Shown here: piece after piece, positions 1 through 7,005 of the stretch
Layout of the letters: each line of letters starts with the position of its first letter
How positions within the stretch are numbered: position 1 is the stretch's first letter
Source: a virus
Virus record (IMG/VR): IMGVR_UViG_3300025127_000020
Coordinates: 1-64,000 of that record
DNA length: 64,000 nt
Direction: 5' to 3' (one strand)
Made by a program: the position numbers and the translations under genes
The notes under the pieces: generated by a model
Told to the model about the DNA's origin: nothing
What the model saw: the letters and a program-made list of their open reading frames with translations, nothing else
Database searches by the model: none

Positions 1-1905
1 GTGTCTTTTGTCTTCTGCTGATTCAAGCGTTGAAACCTTCACATTAATTGAAGCCTCTGCTGATGCTGCTGAAGATGCCTGTGTTGAAACAGCAGAACCT
101 CTATTTGTCTCTGCCGTTCCAAGTCTCGTTGTAAGTGACGCATCTGCTGAAGCCTGCGATGAAGCCTCTGAAGAAATGTCCGCATCAATTGAAACAACAT
201 AAGAAGCCAAAACATCGTCAGATGCTGTGTCAACTGCTGTGAGGAAAGAAACAACTTCTACGAAGGTGTCCTTATCGGCTGCGGCGGAGTCAAGGATTGC
301 ATCAATTCTTGATCTTTCAGTTGAGAACTCACCTGAAAACTTCACATTGAGTGAAGAATCTGCTGAAGCCTGTGCTGAAGCCTCTGACGAAACTCTAACA
401 TTGTGTGAAGCCTCTGCTGAAGTTTCTACAGACTCTTCTGTTGATAATCTTGTTGTCAACGAAGTATCTGCTGAAGCTCTCGAAGAAGCCTGAGTTGAAA
501 GTTCTGTGGACAATGAAGTGTCTGCTGAAGCTCTTGCCACCTCTTCTGCTGAAATTCTTGTTGTCAAAGACGCATCTGCGACTGCGACTGAAGAAGCCTC
601 AGAAGAAAGCGCCGTTGAAACACTTGCTTCAATAGAAGAAAGACCTGATCCCTTTGCTGAGATTGCAGCAGAAGCTACAACATCAAGTGAATCTACTGCG
701 GAACCTCTTGTTGAAACCTGAGATGAAACTCTAGAGTTCAAAGACGTTACTGCTGAAAGTCTAGCTGACTCTTCTGTTGAAATTCTTGTTGTTAACGAAG
801 TATCGGCTGAACCTCTGTTTGATGCTGCATCTGAAATGTCACTTGCACGAGAAGTGTCTGCTGAAAGTCTAGCAGAAGAAGCGCCTGAAGCTCTAGCATC
901 GAGCGATACCTCTGCTGAAAGCTCATTTGATTCTTCCTGCGAAAGTCTTGTCTGAAGTGAGTTGTCTTTCGCAAGTCTTGTAGACTCTTCTGTAGAAAGT
1001 CTTGTTGTAAGTGACGTGTCCGCTGCACCTCTTGCTGTTGCTGCTGAAGCTACAGATGAAGTAAGCGTTGAGAACTCTGTTGAAAGCTCTCCGTCTGATG
1101 TAACGTCAGTAGCATTAATAAAAGAAACAACTTCGACGAAGGTGTCCTTATCTGCTGCTGCTGCGTTAAGCATGGCGTCAATTCTCGCTTCCTCAGTTGA
1201 GATAAGTGTCTCAAGTGAAGTATCAGCAGAACTTCTATTTGAAGTCGCTGTTCCAAGAACTGTGGCTACTGAGTTAACAGCTACAACTCTTGAAGATGAC
1301 TGAGCCGAAACTCTAGCGTCAAGTGATGCTTCTGCTGAAGCCTCGTTTGACTCTTCCTGAGATGTTCTAAGCTGAACAGAATCTTCTGCTGAAGCTGCTC
1401 TTGAAGCCTCTGAGGAAACGTCAGCTACACGAGCCGATGTTGCTGCTGAAATCTTTGCATTCAAAGATGTCGTAGCAGATGCTTCTGATGAAGCCTCTGA
1501 GGAAACTGCTGTTGAGCGTGCTGTCTCTGCGGTTGCAAGTCTCGTTGTAAGAGATGAATCAGCCGAAGCCATTGAAGATGCTTCTGATGAAACTGCTTGT
1601 GAACGAGCAGTTTCTTCTGCTGCGATTCTTGTCTGAAGAGACAAATCGATGGTCTGCAAAGAACCATCTGCTGCTGCTCTATCACTCTCTTGTGCGGACA
1701 ATCTTGTTTCAAGAGATGTATAATTCGCAAGGTTAGGGAACTTAATCCACTCACCGCTGGAATCATTCCAAATGTAAACATTTGTTCCGAACTTTACAAG
1801 ACGACCATCAACGTGATCACCTGTTGAACCACTTGTTGGCTCCGACGCAAGACTTTCAACTGCAAAGTTTTCTGCCGTTGCATTTTGTATTAATATTCTA
1901 CTCAA
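1..1905 (-). CDS. Ser/Ala/Thr-rich long coiled-coil fibre protein (partial, at least 635 aa, continues beyond position 1; absent from ORF track)
   Basis: My hand translation from TTG at 1905 (SD TAGGAGG 7-8 nt upstream) is open to the window edge: MSRILIQNATAENFAVES...GEWIKFPNLANYTSLETRLSAQESDRAAAD... followed by 18-aa repeats such as ARGAADTSLTTRLSTEES and two DKDTFVEVVSF nodes. Fibre function is inferred from repeat style and context. Confidence 0.85.
   Translation of the reverse strand, partial: MSRILIQNATAENFAVESLASEPTSGSTGDHVDGRLVKFGTNVYIWNDSSGEWIKFPNLANYTSLETRLSAQESDRAAADGSLQTIDLSLQTRIAAEETARSQAVSSEASSMASADSSLTTRLATAETARSTAVSSEASSEASATTSLNAKISAATSARVADVSSEASRAASAEDSVQLRTSQEESNEASAEASLDARVSAQSSSRVVAVNSVATVLGTATSNRSSADTSLETLISTEEARIDAMLNAAAADKDTFVEVVSFINATDVTSDGELSTEFSTLTSSVASAATARGAADTSLTTRLSTEESTRLAKDNSLQTRLSQEESNELSAEVSLDARASGASSARLSADTSRASDISDAASNRGSADTSLTTRISTEESARLSAVTSLNSRVSSQVSTRGSAVDSLDVVASAAISAKGSGLSSIEASVSTALSSEASSVAVADASLTTRISAEEVARASADTSLSTELSTQASSRASADTSLTTRLSTEESVETSAEASHNVRVSSEASAQASADSSLNVKFSGEFSTERSRIDAILDSAAADKDTFVEVVSFLTAVDTASDDVLASYVVSIDADISSEASSQASADASLTTRLGTAETNRGSAVSTQASSAASAEASINVKVSTLESAEDKRH
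245..1161 (-). repeat. Internal duplication in the fibre gene: two near-identical ~41-nt blocks (245-285 and 1121-1161), 876 nt (292 codons) apart
   Basis: aaagaaacaacttctacgaaggtgtccttatcggctgcggc versus aaagaaacaacttcgacgaaggtgtccttatctgctgctgc; both encode AAADKDTFVEVVSF in the same frame. Confidence 0.85.
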
Positions 1906-1970
1906 AATTTTATCCTCCTATAAAATGTTTGTTTTGTGTGAATATTTGGATTCTACACTATAAAATTTGA

Positions 1971-2005
1971 GCAAGATGGACAAGAGATAAACCTCTCCCA
2001 CCTGC
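1971..2005 (-). promoter_or_regulatory. Predicted RNA stem-loop in the 5' leader of the fibre gene
   Basis: Minus-strand GCAGGUGG-GAGAGG-UUUA-UCUCUU-GU-CCAUCUUGC folds into ~14 bp using G-U pairs that form only on this strand. Confidence 0.45.
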
Positions 2006-2085
2006 CTATATTTAGGCTGTAAAAAAAGATAAAGAACAGTTTTTTTTCGGGATTGTTGTTTAAGGTTTTGAAGAGATAAAAATAA

Positions 2086-2421
2086 TTATTGAACTATAAT
2101 CACAGTGTAATCTGTGTCCGAATCAACATTGCCAAAATAGAAAACCACTGTGTTTGTGGTTCTCGTAAATGGTAGCACAATGTTGTCTCCAGATGGGTCA
2201 ACAATTTGAACTAAATAATTAGCTACTCCAAGGTTGTGAGTAAGGGTTGTGCTCACATTCGTTCCTGCTGAAGCGGTTACCGTGTAAGATCTTATCTCTG
2301 GTAAAATAGGCGAGGTGGCTGCGGCTGCTTCAATAAGTTCGTCTGAGATAGATGTCGCTGTGCCTCCCACTGGAGACGACTTTCCTGACGTTCTACCGCC
2401 GACAATCGACTTACCAGACAT
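2086..2421 (-). CDS. Small virion/fibre-associated beta-rich protein
   Basis: SD GGAGG; the C-terminal TLTHNLG...VQIVD...TNTVVFYF...YTVIIV pattern is typical of small phage fibre-tip domains. Confidence 0.55.
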   Translation of the reverse strand: MSGKSIVGGRTSGKSSPVGGTATSISDELIEAAAATSPILPEIRSYTVTASAGTNVSTTLTHNLGVANYLVQIVDPSGDNIVLPFTRTTNTVVFYFGNVDSDTDYTVIIVQ

Positions 2422-2432
2422 CTGAACCTCCG

Positions 2433-3149
2433 TTAGCCGATTCCGTCAGCTTTACCCCAAATCTTTCTTAGTTCTCTTGTTGCGCCGCCAGCGTCAATTA
2501 CTCTTGAGTTGGGCTCTAGTGCTGCATTGCCTGCACCTGGAAGCGGCTCATGGTCAAGAACACCTGTAACAAGTAGAGAGATGGCATCGTCTGCAACACC
2601 ATTAGCACCGATGACAAGACCGCCACCGCCTGGGTTGAGAACATTATCACCAGCAAACTTTTGAATTAAAATAAAGATAACTTTTGTTCTAGAGTTTATT
2701 GTTGCGTTTTCTCCTGGCTTCAACTCAATGTAGTTTCCACTGGCGATTGGTGTTGCCAATGACTGGGTTGTCTTATCAAAGGTAGTGTCTTGACCTTCTG
2801 CTGTAAGCATGACCTTACACCTTATTTGAGCCGCAGTGCCTGTCTGACGAACACCAGCGAGCCAAGCCTCTTCCACGAGAACCTGAACGTTTCTCATTGT
2901 TGTTGGGAACTCTACCATTAAAAGCTCACCGCCAGCCCCATCTGCGTTGGCATTCCAGTTACCACTAGTGACACCATTGAAGTTGATTGCCCCCTGGTCA
3001 GCTCCTGGAGCCGTGATAATCTCGCATGTAAGACCATCTGTGCGTTCTGCAACGAATGCGCCACTAATTCTAGTAATCCTCTTAAAATAAGGTTTTCCTG
3101 CTTGGAGTTGGGTTGCTGCCATTCCACCAAGGATGTAATTTCTTGCCAT
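2433..3149 (-). CDS. Putative virion protein, paralogue B (paralogue of 4329-4970 plus the N-terminus of 3466-4329)
   Basis: Collinear similarity (AATQLQAGKP.FKR, GELLMVEFPT, IRCKV, IDSRTK/INSRTK, HEP); preceded by CTATTTAT motif and SD GAGG. Confidence 0.75.
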   Translation of the reverse strand: MARNYILGGMAATQLQAGKPYFKRITRISGAFVAERTDGLTCEIITAPGADQGAINFNGVTSGNWNANADGAGGELLMVEFPTTMRNVQVLVEEAWLAGVRQTGTAAQIRCKVMLTAEGQDTTFDKTTQSLATPIASGNYIELKPGENATINSRTKVIFILIQKFAGDNVLNPGGGGLVIGANGVADDAISLLVTGVLDHEPLPGAGNAALEPNSRVIDAGGATRELRKIWGKADGIG

Positions 3150-3177
3150 TGTAAAAGTCCTCGTTTATAAACTAAAA

Positions 3178-3185
3178 ATAAATAG
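3178..3185 (-). promoter_or_regulatory. Putative late promoter CTATTTAT
   Basis: 28 nt upstream of start 3149; recurrent intergenic motif. Confidence 0.65.
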
Positions 3186-3449
3186 TTATCTATTTTGGTT
3201 TTGTCGTTGTCGTTTTCTTCTTCTTGCAGCGTCTGCGAAACGACGTCGCTCGGCTTGAATCTCTTTGTGCTCTCTACGAAGTGATTTCTTTGAAATGTTT
3301 CTGCACTCCGTAGTTCCACGAGAAGGATCACGAATGTCGTTCATAATCCCTTCTTTCTTAAGTTTTCTTAAAGCTCGACGAATAAACTGTTCTGTTGATT
3401 CGCCCTTTCTAATTCTTTCTTCAAATAAGCCTTTTCTTCTATCTCTCAC
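3186..3449 (-). CDS. rpsU: Phage-encoded ribosomal protein bS21 homologue (divergent)
   Basis: IRKGESTEQFIRRALRKLKKEGIMNDIR matches the bS21 pattern V.ENE.F..ALRRFK....K.G.L.E.R, followed by an Arg/Lys-rich helix; 87 aa; lies downstream of terminase, portal and prohead protease as in described bS21 phages. Confidence 0.75.
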   Translation of the reverse strand: MRDRRKGLFEERIRKGESTEQFIRRALRKLKKEGIMNDIRDPSRGTTECRNISKKSLRREHKEIQAERRRFADAARRRKRQRQNQNR

Positions 3450-3465
3450 TTTATTTTCCTTTCAA

Positions 3466-4329
3466 TTAGACTGTAATTAATTTATAATCAGATTTTAGAT
3501 TTTTTATGTTTGCTATCTTTGCATTTCCTTCGAGAGTTCCATGATAAGTTCCCACAGAGTCTCGAATTCCATTTGTGCCAGAGTTGTCACCATCGCCCAT
3601 CTTCCACCACGATATTACACTGCTGAAAGCAGAGAAAGTTGTCATGTCCTTTACCCTTCCTGAATCTGCTGTGTTGTAAAGTTCTTGAATCTCTGATAAA
3701 CTCAATTCTTTATCATAGATGCAGACATCTGAAATAAATTTTTCAAAATCATTGCCAATGCCACCTGCTGCGTTTGCACCAATTCTAACTGGACTTGTCG
3801 TGTTAATTCTGCCATCGTATCCAGTAGAAGGCGATGCAGTAGTTGCCAAAAGTGCGCCATCAAGATAAACCTTCACGCCTGCTGCGGTTTGTGAGCCATC
3901 ATAGGTAAATGTAACAAGATGCCATTCATTTAGCGGCAAGTCTCCAAAAGCAGAGTCTCTTCCTATGTTTTTATTATTACTAGCAGTTCCATCGTAAATT
4001 CTGACCTGAATTCTTCCGTTATTATGTCCAAAAAACCAGTCAGATGCCACACCGTTACCTGAGTTTTTAGCAACAAAAACTCCTTGTGAATCTGGGACAT
4101 TTGTCCTGTTTACCCAAGCTGAAATAGAAAATGGATTGTCAAGTGCGGGGTCTGCACTGACGAAGCTAAAAACATCGTGATCTCCTATCTCTATGTAATC
4201 ATCTACACCGTCGAACTCGATGGCTTTTGTGTTAATTGGTGCAAGAATTGTGCCAGTTTGTTGCCCCCAAATTTTTCTTAACTCTTTGACATTGCCAGAG
4301 GAATCAATAATTCTAGAATTATAAGACAT
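3466..4329 (-). CDS. LamG/concanavalin-A-like domain protein; possible -1 frameshift extension of 4329-4970
   Basis: AIEFDGVDDYI, FSISAWV, WHLVTFTYDG, KVYLDG, IYDKELSLSEIQELYN and WWKMGDG are typical LamG_3 motifs; its first ~25 aa match the C-terminus of 2433-3149. Confidence 0.85.
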   Translation of the reverse strand: MSYNSRIIDSSGNVKELRKIWGQQTGTILAPINTKAIEFDGVDDYIEIGDHDVFSFVSADPALDNPFSISAWVNRTNVPDSQGVFVAKNSGNGVASDWFFGHNNGRIQVRIYDGTASNNKNIGRDSAFGDLPLNEWHLVTFTYDGSQTAAGVKVYLDGALLATTASPSTGYDGRINTTSPVRIGANAAGGIGNDFEKFISDVCIYDKELSLSEIQELYNTADSGRVKDMTTFSAFSSVISWWKMGDGDNSGTNGIRDSVGTYHGTLEGNAKIANIKNLKSDYKLITV

Positions 4330-4970
4330 TAAAAATCCCTCCCTGCGCTTGGCTCATGTTCCAAGACAGAGGTAATTAATAAAACAGCGGCATCTGTAGC
4401 TGCCCCTGGTGCCCCCTGAACAAGTGCTGGCGTGCTATTGAAAATGTGTGATTCTGGAGCCGTCCCTGAAACAAACTTTTGAATTAAAATGAAAATAGCC
4501 TTTGTTCTAGAATCAATTGTAGCAGTTTCTCCTGGTTCTATCTCTATGAAATTTGCATTTGCAATTGGACTTGCGTTTGAAACAACAGTGCTTGCAAAGC
4601 TCACATCTTGATCCTCTGCCAAAAATGCAACTTTACATCTTATGGCAGGCTCGTTCCCTGGTTCAACTTCTGCTCCTGCTGCAAAGGCTTCTTCTAACAA
4701 AATCTGTGTTTTTCTTGTTGTTGTTGGAAACTCTACCATTAAAAGTTCCCCACCCTGTCCATCTGCGTTGGCATTCCAATCTGGAGAGAAAACATCTCTA
4801 AAGTTAATTGCTCCTTGGTTGGCTCCAGCGGCAGTAATAACTTCACAAGTGAACCCGTCAGAGCGTAAGTAGCCGCCGTCACCGCCGATGCGGACGACTC
4901 TTTTAAAGAATGGCTTTCCAGCCTGTAACTGGGTTGCTGCTTGTCCACCCGCAATAAAAGTTCTAGCCAT
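4329..4970 (-). CDS. Putative virion protein, paralogue A
   Basis: Aligns with 2433-3149 along its whole length up to HEP; ends GGG AGG GAT TTT TAA overlapping the next ATG. Confidence 0.75.
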   Translation of the reverse strand: MARTFIAGGQAATQLQAGKPFFKRVVRIGGDGGYLRSDGFTCEVITAAGANQGAINFRDVFSPDWNANADGQGGELLMVEFPTTTRKTQILLEEAFAAGAEVEPGNEPAIRCKVAFLAEDQDVSFASTVVSNASPIANANFIEIEPGETATIDSRTKAIFILIQKFVSGTAPESHIFNSTPALVQGAPGAATDAAVLLITSVLEHEPSAGRDF

Positions 4971-5414
4971 TTACTTATTTCCCTCTGCTAGCCTTTTCCA
5001 GTTTTTACCTGCTCCTCTGGTAAGAGAAGAAATGTCAACTCCTGGATCCGATGGATCTACTCCTTCAAAGGGTGTGTAGCCACCAGATTTAGAAGATGGT
5101 GTTCCCGCCTTTTTGATAGGGGTTGTTCCTTCAAATAGATCAACATTGTTGTAAGCAGAAGAGCCAATAGCGTCTAAAAGTTTCTTTTTATTCTTTAAAT
5201 CTTGCTTATTAGTGGGCTCAGATGACTGACCTTGTTGAAAGCTAGGCTCAACTCTTGTTTGTGAAGAGGCAGTAGATTCAGTAATCATGCCCTTCTGCAC
5301 TCCAGCTATCACCTCTGAAATTACAGATGTCAAAAGTCCACTGGTCAGTAATGCATCCTTAACACACTCTTCTACAATTGGTTTAATTAATTTTTTTAAT
5401 TCAGACTTTTTCAT
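4971..5414 (-). CDS. Hypothetical head-module protein
   Basis: Tightly packed after the prohead protease; N-terminus MKKSELKKLIKPIVEECV. Confidence 0.6.
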   Translation of the reverse strand: MKKSELKKLIKPIVEECVKDALLTSGLLTSVISEVIAGVQKGMITESTASSQTRVEPSFQQGQSSEPTNKQDLKNKKKLLDAIGSSAYNNVDLFEGTTPIKKAGTPSSKSGGYTPFEGVDPSDPGVDISSLTRGAGKNWKRLAEGNK

Positions 5415-5416
5415 CT

Positions 5417-6028
5417 TTAGTCCCTTGTAATCTCGTTCAATAGTCTATTAATTCTATCAGCTTTGGTAAAAATATTTTTCGCATTTCTTGCCTCTTTCAG
5501 ACTCATGAAAGCTCCAATGGTAGAGGGATCTGAAACAAAATCAAAACAAATAAGATTGAAGTCATCTTCGACAACCGTGTTGCCCATTCTATCTTCATGA
5601 ACTGAGCCCATGCCTCTAGAGGAAATGCCAAGTTTTACACCAGAATGAACAAGTGACTGAAGAATCTGACCTGAAGGTGTGTTGAGAATTTTACACTTTC
5701 CCATCACATTGTCTCCATCCCACCAGACTTGAGTCATGATGTGAGATACGTTTTTCAAGTTTACAACAGAATCTTCTGGGTGGTCCAGTTCACCAAGTGC
5801 TCTCTGGTCCTTTATGATCTTTTGATAATTTTCTATCTCTCTTTCCAAGACTGCTCTTGGATAGACTCGACCATTTTGATTTTTAGCTTTTGCCCTTTGA
5901 ATAACACCTGTAAGAAACATGGCTTTTCCACTTGCGACTTCACTCTTCTCACTCTCTGTAAGAAAGTCTTGGCAAAGACCGCCTTCGCAAAGCTCATAAT
6001 ATTCTCTCAATAAAAATTTGTTACTCAT
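5417..6028 (-). CDS. Prohead core protease (T4 gp21-like, peptidase S77)
   Basis: NQNGRVYP, GELDHPE, NVSH, LGISSRGMGS and DFVSDPS motifs. Confidence 0.95.
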   Translation of the reverse strand: MSNKFLLREYYELCEGGLCQDFLTESEKSEVASGKAMFLTGVIQRAKAKNQNGRVYPRAVLEREIENYQKIIKDQRALGELDHPEDSVVNLKNVSHIMTQVWWDGDNVMGKCKILNTPSGQILQSLVHSGVKLGISSRGMGSVHEDRMGNTVVEDDFNLICFDFVSDPSTIGAFMSLKEARNAKNIFTKADRINRLLNEITRD

Positions 6029-6048
6029 CTTAGTTCTCCAGATAAAAT

Positions 6049-6138
6049 TTAAAAATTAAAAGCGGGCGCTACCCGCTTGATTATGCAACCACTTTTACAA
6101 AGACGAACTGGTTGAATCATCCACTTCTTTGTAAACAT
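6049..6138 (-). CDS. Unannotated 29-aa ORF MFTKKWMIQPVRLCKSGCIIKRVAPAFNF
   Basis: ATG at 6138 with SD GAGGTG 5 nt upstream; fills the gap between two genes; in frame with upstream ORF 6154-6450 across a single TGA. Confidence 0.55.
   Translation of the reverse strand: MFTKKWMIQPVRLCKSGCIIKRVAPAFNF
6051..6078 (-). terminator. Intrinsic-terminator-like hairpin
   Basis: AAGCGGG-TAGCG-CCCGCTT stem followed by TTAATTTTT on the minus strand; GC-rich in an AT-rich context. Confidence 0.55.
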
Positions 6139-6153
6139 AAAATCACCTCTCTT

Positions 6154-6450
6154 TCAAAATCCAATTCTCATCCCGTCATCGTCAAAGACAGCATCAAGAA
6201 CATAAGAGGTCGCAGAAGCAACCGATCCGAGCAGCAGTGCCGTGACAGGACTAATATCAAAACTAAATAGTTGGGTGTAAGGGTTTATGCTCCATAAAAA
6301 TATGCCTACCCAAAAGCCAAGACACATAGGACATTTAAACAGCTTGCCCAACATGCCCTTAGTCGGGCGAATAAAGTCAAAAATGGAGCCATAGATTAAA
6401 ATTTGAGTAATCCCAAATGCGGAAAGAATAAAATAACTTAGTTCAAGCAA
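6154..6450 (-). CDS. Small membrane protein with CxxC (DUF1360-like)
   Basis: Three hydrophobic segments and LGKLFKCPMCLGFWVG, the motif I associate with DUF1360. Confidence 0.65.
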   Translation of the reverse strand: MLELSYFILSAFGITQILIYGSIFDFIRPTKGMLGKLFKCPMCLGFWVGIFLWSINPYTQLFSFDISPVTALLLGSVASATSYVLDAVFDDDGMRIGF

Positions 6451-6462
6451 TGTAACCTCTTT

Positions 6463-7005
6463 TCAGTAAATTCTATAATAAGATCTGTTTGGTGGATATC
6501 GGTCAAGTGTTCCCTTCTCTTTTTCTTGCGGAACTTCACCTAACTCTGTAGAATCTTCAGAAGATGGTTCAATTTCTGCCTGCAAGATGGAATCTTCAAG
6601 TGCATCTGAATGAGAATAATAAGGCTTTTCTTCTTCGATAAACTTGCCTATCGTGTATAAAATAACTTCTGTAGCATCAGCACCGATTTTAGACTCAGGA
6701 TAGCTGCCCTGCATGGAGCCATAAACAAATCCAGACTGCACAGAATCCATAAGAATTGTCCCTTTCTTATTGAGAAATGAAAACAGTCTATCTTGAGCAG
6801 CATAAACATCATCAGACATTTCATTTTTCGCAAGAGCAAGAATAGTTTTTTTCTCGGGCTGAACAACTATATCTAAATCATAGTGATCATAAATTGCCAA
6901 ATCGCCGCCGAGAGTTTTTCTCAGGATCATCTTCATTTTAGGATTAAAAACTAAATTTTTTGATGATTCCGAATCTCCGACTTGAACCTTTATTTCTTCA
7001 TTCAT
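6463..7005 (-). CDS. Hypothetical head-module protein (start revised to ATG 7005)
   Basis: SD GAGGTGG precedes MNEEIKVQ, which overlaps the upstream stop; the longer track start overlaps the previous gene. Confidence 0.65.
   Translation of the reverse strand: MNEEIKVQVGDSESSKNLVFNPKMKMILRKTLGGDLAIYDHYDLDIVVQPEKKTILALAKNEMSDDVYAAQDRLFSFLNKKGTILMDSVQSGFVYGSMQGSYPESKIGADATEVILYTIGKFIEEEKPYYSHSDALEDSILQAEIEPSSEDSTELGEVPQEKEKGTLDRYPPNRSYYRIY

Noticed and set aside
8-1970. Many short plus- and minus-strand ORFs listed in the first 2 kb
   Set aside because: They are antisense or off-frame shadows of the single repetitive minus-strand fibre gene (1-1905), with no SD or family signal.
2433-4970. Paralogous repeats as the template/variable pair of a diversity-generating retroelement
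   Set aside because: No reverse transcriptase in the window; differences are spread over whole genes and are not adenine-specific.
6154-6156. Selenocysteine insertion at the TGA ending the DUF1360-like gene
   Set aside because: No convincing stem-loop immediately 3' of this TGA, and the downstream ATG has its own SD; the hairpin lies ~75 nt further on.
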